DNA from: Octopus sinensis
Taxonomy: Eukaryota
Reading direction: 5' to 3'
DNA: 10,987 bases
Assembly (NCBI RefSeq): GCF_006345805.1
Contig: NW_021827185.1
Location: 1 to 10,987 of the forward strand
This document shows, piece by piece, positions 8,908 through 10,987 of this stretch. Within the stretch, counting starts at the first letter, position 1; every line of letters begins with the position of its first letter. The notes beneath the pieces are model-generated. The model did no database searches. It was given only the letters and a program-made list of their open reading frames with translations, and was not told where the DNA came from. The translations under genes were made by a program, and so were the position numbers.

Positions 8908-9410
8908 TGGTACATTTGGTACCTAAGGGACAACGGTATAAACAATCGCGAGCTGGCAGAATCGTTAGCACGTCGGGCGAAATGCTTAGCGGTATTTCGT
9001 CTGCCGTTACGTTGTGAGTTCAAATTCCGCCGAGGTCAACTTTGCCTTTCATCCTTTCGGGGTCGATAAATTAAGTACCAGTTATGCACTGGGGTCGATG
9101 TAATCGACTTAATACCTATGTCTGTCCATGTTTGTCCCCTCTATGTTTAGCCTCTTGTGGGTAATAAAAAAATAGATATAAACAATCGCACCATCATATG
9201 GCGCATTTTAGTTGAAGCAACTGCATATATTGGACCGGTAACAAGATGTAGTCTGAGCGTAATCCAAGCACTGCACATCCTGTCTGCAACTAACACCCCA
9301 AACTCAAGAGAGTTGACCCTTGACTCCTTGCTCACATGCGGAAAAATTCAGTTTAAAATATTTAAACATACTCTTCCCCGCAGACGAACTCCATCTACAT
9401 ATAGAACAGT
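8908..9410 (+). pseudogene. C-terminal fragment of a second type of Penelope-like GIY-YIG endonuclease, split by a SINE
   Basis: After removing the 240-bp insert the frame reads WYIWYLRDNGINNRTIIWRILVEATAYIGPVTRCSLSVIQALHILSATNTPNSRELT, then (+1 frameshift) PCSHAEKFSLKY. This fits the YIWxLK..I.W.IL..A.Y...CxLC..E...I..LNxRxE...CRH..KF pattern as I recall it. Confidence 0.7.
8948..9176 (+). mobile_element. tRNA-derived SINE (tail type A) with target-site duplication
   Basis: A box TGGCAGAATCG (8954), B box GTTCAAATTCC (9018), core CTTTGCCTTTCATCCTTTCGGGGTCGATAAATTAAGTACCAG; flanked by TATAAACAATCGC at 8937-8949 and 9177-9189. Confidence 0.95.
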
Positions 9411-9710
9411 ACTAATCTCGAAGATGAATTTCTAATCAAAGGCATCCCGTCTTCATCCTTACCATAATAACCACTGCCCACTCCAACATTATCCTAACCC
9501 CCACTGTCATTATAACCCCCAGCCCAATTTTTCAATGTCTTTATTATTATCACCTCTATCACCTCTTTCGGAACTGCCGTACGTAATAGCACATATAAAC
9601 TTTACATAACTAAGGACGTTATCCCTTCAGCGGTATAACTATATCAGCCATCAATCACTATTTATACTATATCTGTTAGTCATCTCTATCGTTACTTGCG
9701 TTCAGTACTT

Positions 9711-9892
9711 TTATTACCCACACCTTTTCGAAGGCGGAGGTATTGTTCTCAGTCGTGTTTGTTACTTTGTTCGTGGACAAGATATCTCAAGAACCGCTGA
9801 ATGGATTCGGATGAAACTTTGGCCTCGTGACTGGCACGGACTGATTAGATTTTGGGATCGATCTGGTACCGGACAAGGATTCTTGATTATTT
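9711..9892 (+). mobile_element. Terminal fragment of a non-autonomous Helentron-associated (HINE/DINE-1-like) element
   Basis: Starts in a T run with TTATTACC, then the hairpin TACCCACACCTT-TTCG-AAGGCGGAGGTA, a GTTT-rich stretch, ATATCTCAAGAACCGCTGAATGGATTCGGATGAAACTT and ATTAGATTTTGGG. These motifs are familiar from this element class. Confidence 0.6.
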
Positions 9893-10624
9893 GTTATATC
9901 TACTTTACATGAAGTATTACAACCATACGTTCACTTTCAAGTCTTTCTCTGATTATCTCTCTTGTTATTATTGCTATCATCTGATATTGTATCCTCATAT
10001 AATCTCCCCATTTGATTTTTTACTTTTGATATTCCTCGCTTTCTTTTGCCCAATCTTAATTTACTTATTTGACTTGTATTTTATCTAAATTTCTTTTTTA
10101 GTCTTTAAATCCCTTCCGTTTTACTACATTTTTTTAATGTTTTCCCCGTTTTTTCTGTTTTTCTTTTATAATCATTATAATTTTTATGAACTCTTAAACA
10201 ATATCTGTACATTCTCATGTTCCCCGTTATCTTTTCATAATTTTTTTTCAGATTTTTCTAATCATTTTTCCCAATATATTTTTTCAACATTTTTTCATCT
10301 TTTTTCTTATAATGTTCCTTATAATTTTATTTATATTCCCACCATTAGTTGTCCACTCCCCCACACCATTTTGACTTCATTCTTATCTTATTCTATTTAT
10401 GACTATTTGTTAAGGCTTTGTATTAATGACCAATCCTCGAAAATGACCCCATTTATTATGTTTTCATATCCTTCAATAATTTTCAAAACTTTATTCATAC
10501 CCCTCTCAATTTTCACGTGTCCCCAAAATTTTCTTGTATTGTTATATATTTTGCCAATTATTCTCCTATTTAGGCCATTATTCTGCTGCTATCAAGCTTG
10601 GCTGTCATGCTATCGTATATATAT

Positions 10625-10987
10625 GGTGCAAGAATTAGAAAACAACATGAAGACGACGTAAAGAAAATTACAAAAGAACCAGAGTGTTTTAGATTTACGC
10701 TCAGGAAAATAGAATAGAAAGAAAAGTTTTTAACGTTTCGAGCATACGCTCTTCTACAGAAAGAAAAGACGAAGAAAGAAGAACAAGCGTGTCTCAATTA
10801 GAGAGTCACTGCATGCTGAAATGACCGGAAGAGGAAGGATTTGCTAGTGTTGTGAGTGACAAGGCGTACTTTTGGAAACCTGGCATATGTGTGTGTGAGT
10901 AAAAGCGTGTGTCTGTATAAAGATGATGTGTGCATGTATATCTTTCTGCTTATGCACGTGTATACGTGTGTATGTACGAGCGCGTGT
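10625..10987 (-). mobile_element. Putative Penelope-like element terminal fragment (pLTR), may extend beyond the window
   Basis: Hammerhead-like motif, TTCCTGAGCG (10698-10707, minus strand) and a T-rich tail ending at the short TA run 10616-10624. Confidence 0.65.
10727..10764 (-). ncRNA. Minimal type I hammerhead ribozyme-like motif 4 (A6U core variant)
   Basis: Minus strand TCTTT-CTGTAGA-A-GAGC-GTAT-GCTC-GAAAC-GTT-AAAAA; the same fold as 6547-6584 with one stem I mismatch. Confidence 0.72.

Noticed and set aside
8948-9032. tRNA gene suggested by A and B boxes
   Set aside because: No cloverleaf, and it continues into the SINE core; it is a tRNA-derived SINE head.
9608-9650. CTAAGGA followed by a weak hairpin downstream of the plus-strand PLE fragment, a possible fifth hammerhead
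   Set aside because: No GAAA core after the hairpin, and the first core half is also mutated.
10137-10661. 174-aa hydrophobic ORF resembling a membrane protein
   Set aside because: The F/I/L/S bias follows from the T-rich strand composition; no motif recognised.

Overview
Repeat-dominated eukaryotic DNA, very likely from an octopus or other cephalopod (inferred from the SINE family and the microsatellite load). I found no intact host gene; most ORFs in the track are microsatellite artefacts. The window holds five copies of one tRNA-derived SINE with a Nin/Deu-like central domain and two alternative tails. It also holds a 5'-truncated Dong/R4-type RLE retrotransposon inserted in a (TAA)n field, two different Penelope-like element (PLE) GIY-YIG endonuclease C-terminal relics, a Helentron/HINE-like fragment and several diverged tandem arrays. 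The most notable signal is four hammerhead-ribozyme-like motifs in putative PLE termini, each terminus ending at a (TA)n tract. Three share a non-canonical minimal core (CUG[A/U]NGA-A-GAGC-loop-GCUC-GAAAC) and a conserved downstream UUCCUGAGCG motif complementary to their own catalytic GCUCGAA strand.
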